A DNA stretch of 40,533 nucleotides. Source: a virus. Shown one piece after another: positions 39,637-40,533 of the stretch. A program made the translations under genes and the position numbers. A model generated the notes under the pieces. It was not told the DNA's origin, did no database searches, and saw nothing but the letters and a program-made list of their open reading frames with translations. The stretch is taken from the IMG/VR virus record IMGVR_UViG_3300044562_000007; one strand, 5' to 3'. Numbering within the stretch: position 1 is the first letter of the stretch; each line of letters opens with the position of its first letter.

Positions 39637-40533
39637 ATGGGAATTAATGAATTACATGATGATTGGTTATCAAAGAGTAATAAGGTAACTGATCTTTTTA
39701 ATAAGAAGATGGCATTAAATTCAAAGTATAATGCTAGTTTTGATTCAATGACTGATGAACAAAAGACAGCTTTGAAAAATGAAATGACACAAGCTGCTAA
39801 AGATTACACTGATGCTGTGGAAGCTCGTGATTACTCAAAGCAACTTTTGGATGATGCTAGAAATGCTGAAAAGCCAGTTAACAAGAAACCAGTTGAACCT
39901 AAGAAATCAGAAAAAGAATTGGCTAAGGACATCAAGAACAAGTTTGTAGCTAACTTCAAGAATATGGTTACTTCAGGCACAATGCCAGACGGCTCAAAAA
40001 TTTCAGGTGATGATTCTAATGCAGGCTTAACCATTCCTGACGATGTTCAAACTGCTATTCATACTTTAGTACGTCAATATGCATCACTTGAAAGCTTAGT
40101 AAACGTTGAAAATGTTTCAACTTCACATGGTTCGCGTGTTTATGAAAAGCTTGCTGATATTACTCCTTTAGTTAACTTAGATGATGAAAAGGCACAAATT
40201 GGTGACATCGATGATCCTAAGCTTACTCTAGTTGAGTATGTTATTCATCGCTATGCAGGTATTACCACTGCTACTAACACTCTTTTGGCAGATACTGCTG
40301 AAAACATTTTAGGTTGGTTAGAGCAATGGGCAGCACGCAAGGACGTTGTTACTCGTAATCAAGCTATTTTGGCTGTTATGGGCAAGGCACCTAAGAAGCC
40401 TACTATTAGTAAGTTTGACGACATCAAGGATCTTGAAAATAACACTCTTGATCCAGCTATTATTGCTACATCAGCATTTGTTACTAACCAATCTGGTTTC
40501 AATGTTTTAAGTAAGATGAAAGATGCAAATGGT
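39637..40533 (+). CDS. Major capsid protein (HK97-like), N-terminal part including the scaffold-like delta domain; continues at 2..472 through the circular junction
   Basis: ATG 39637 after a GGAAAGGTGG RBS. The frame is open to the window end (299 codons). The first ~110 aa are a coiled-coil, Lys-rich region, typical of capsids processed by a ClpP-like protease. Confidence 0.9.
   Translation, partial: MGINELHDDWLSKSNKVTDLFNKKMALNSKYNASFDSMTDEQKTALKNEMTQAAKDYTDAVEARDYSKQLLDDARNAEKPVNKKPVEPKKSEKELAKDIKNKFVANFKNMVTSGTMPDGSKISGDDSNAGLTIPDDVQTAIHTLVRQYASLESLVNVENVSTSHGSRVYEKLADITPLVNLDDEKAQIGDIDDPKLTLVEYVIHRYAGITTATNTLLADTAENILGWLEQWAARKDVVTRNQAILAVMGKAPKKPTISKFDDIKDLENNTLDPAIIATSAFVTNQSGFNVLSKMKDANG
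40407..40533. repeat. Terminal overlap, copy 2 (identical to 1..127)
   Basis: Base-by-base comparison of the two window ends. Confidence 0.95.

Larger units (their letters stand above)
1..40533. other. Complete circularly closed temperate phage genome (40,406 bp unique) plus 127-bp assembly overlap
   Basis: 1..127 is identical to 40407..40533. Lysogeny, replication, packaging, head, tail and lysis modules are each present once. The major capsid ORF reads in frame across the junction. Confidence 0.9.

Noticed and set aside
39340-40034. Minus-strand ORFs 39340..39582 and 39831..40034
   Set aside because: They are antisense to the prohead protease and major capsid genes.

Overview
The window is one complete, circularly closed genome of a temperate, cos-type, long-tailed (siphovirus-like) phage. 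It has 40,406 bp of unique sequence plus a 127-bp assembly overlap: 1..127 is identical to 40407..40533, and the junction cuts through the major capsid gene. AGGAGGTGA-type ribosome-binding sites, an LL-H-type holin, DUF771, ArpU and a BppU-like baseplate protein point to a low-GC Gram-positive, Lactobacillaceae-like host (inference).

Gene order on the + strand:
- Head-tail connectors and tail: major tail protein, chaperones, a 2130-aa tape measure, Dit, Tal, and a BppU-like fibre (1..17.9 kb).
- Lysis cassette: XkdX-like protein, membrane proteins, LL-H holin, GH25 endolysin (17.9..19.9 kb).
- attP region.
- Leftward lysogeny operon: tyrosine integrase, then a repressor / ImmA protease / membrane protein operon (20.3..23.0 kb).
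- Genetic switch.
- Rightward early and replication genes: Cro-like, DUF771, Sak4-like ATPase, SF2 helicase, DUF669 protein with an SSB-type tail, primase-helicase, iteron origin, VRR-NUC, ArpU (23.3..32.4 kb).
- Packaging and head genes: HNH, terS, terL, portal, ClpP-like protease, HK97-like capsid.

The most unusual element is an AT-rich, self-contained cassette at 34073..35686, inserted between terS and terL. It holds a 45-aa ribbon-helix-helix gene on the minus strand that the ORF track missed. Transcribed divergently from it is a 447-aa protein made of five tandem Zn-ribbon-like modules fused to a Vsr/DUF559-like nuclease domain. The two genes have back-to-back promoters filled with TACGTA palindromes, and hairpin terminators flank the cassette.

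Other points worth a second look:
- A ten-copy iteron origin.
- Candidate attP arm sites (four TGTTGCACA copies).
- Twin 16-bp palindromes upstream of int.
- A 25-codon methyltransferase remnant and a tRNA-like 3' fragment in a 475-bp noncoding stretch.
- A chaperone pair whose downstream ORF lies in the +1 frame, not the -1 frame.
- A tape measure carrying two wall-hydrolase domains and periodic Trp repeats.

No CRISPR array, complete tRNA, rRNA or recognisable classical defence system was seen. All product calls rest on motif recognition by eye and on gene order, not on database searches.
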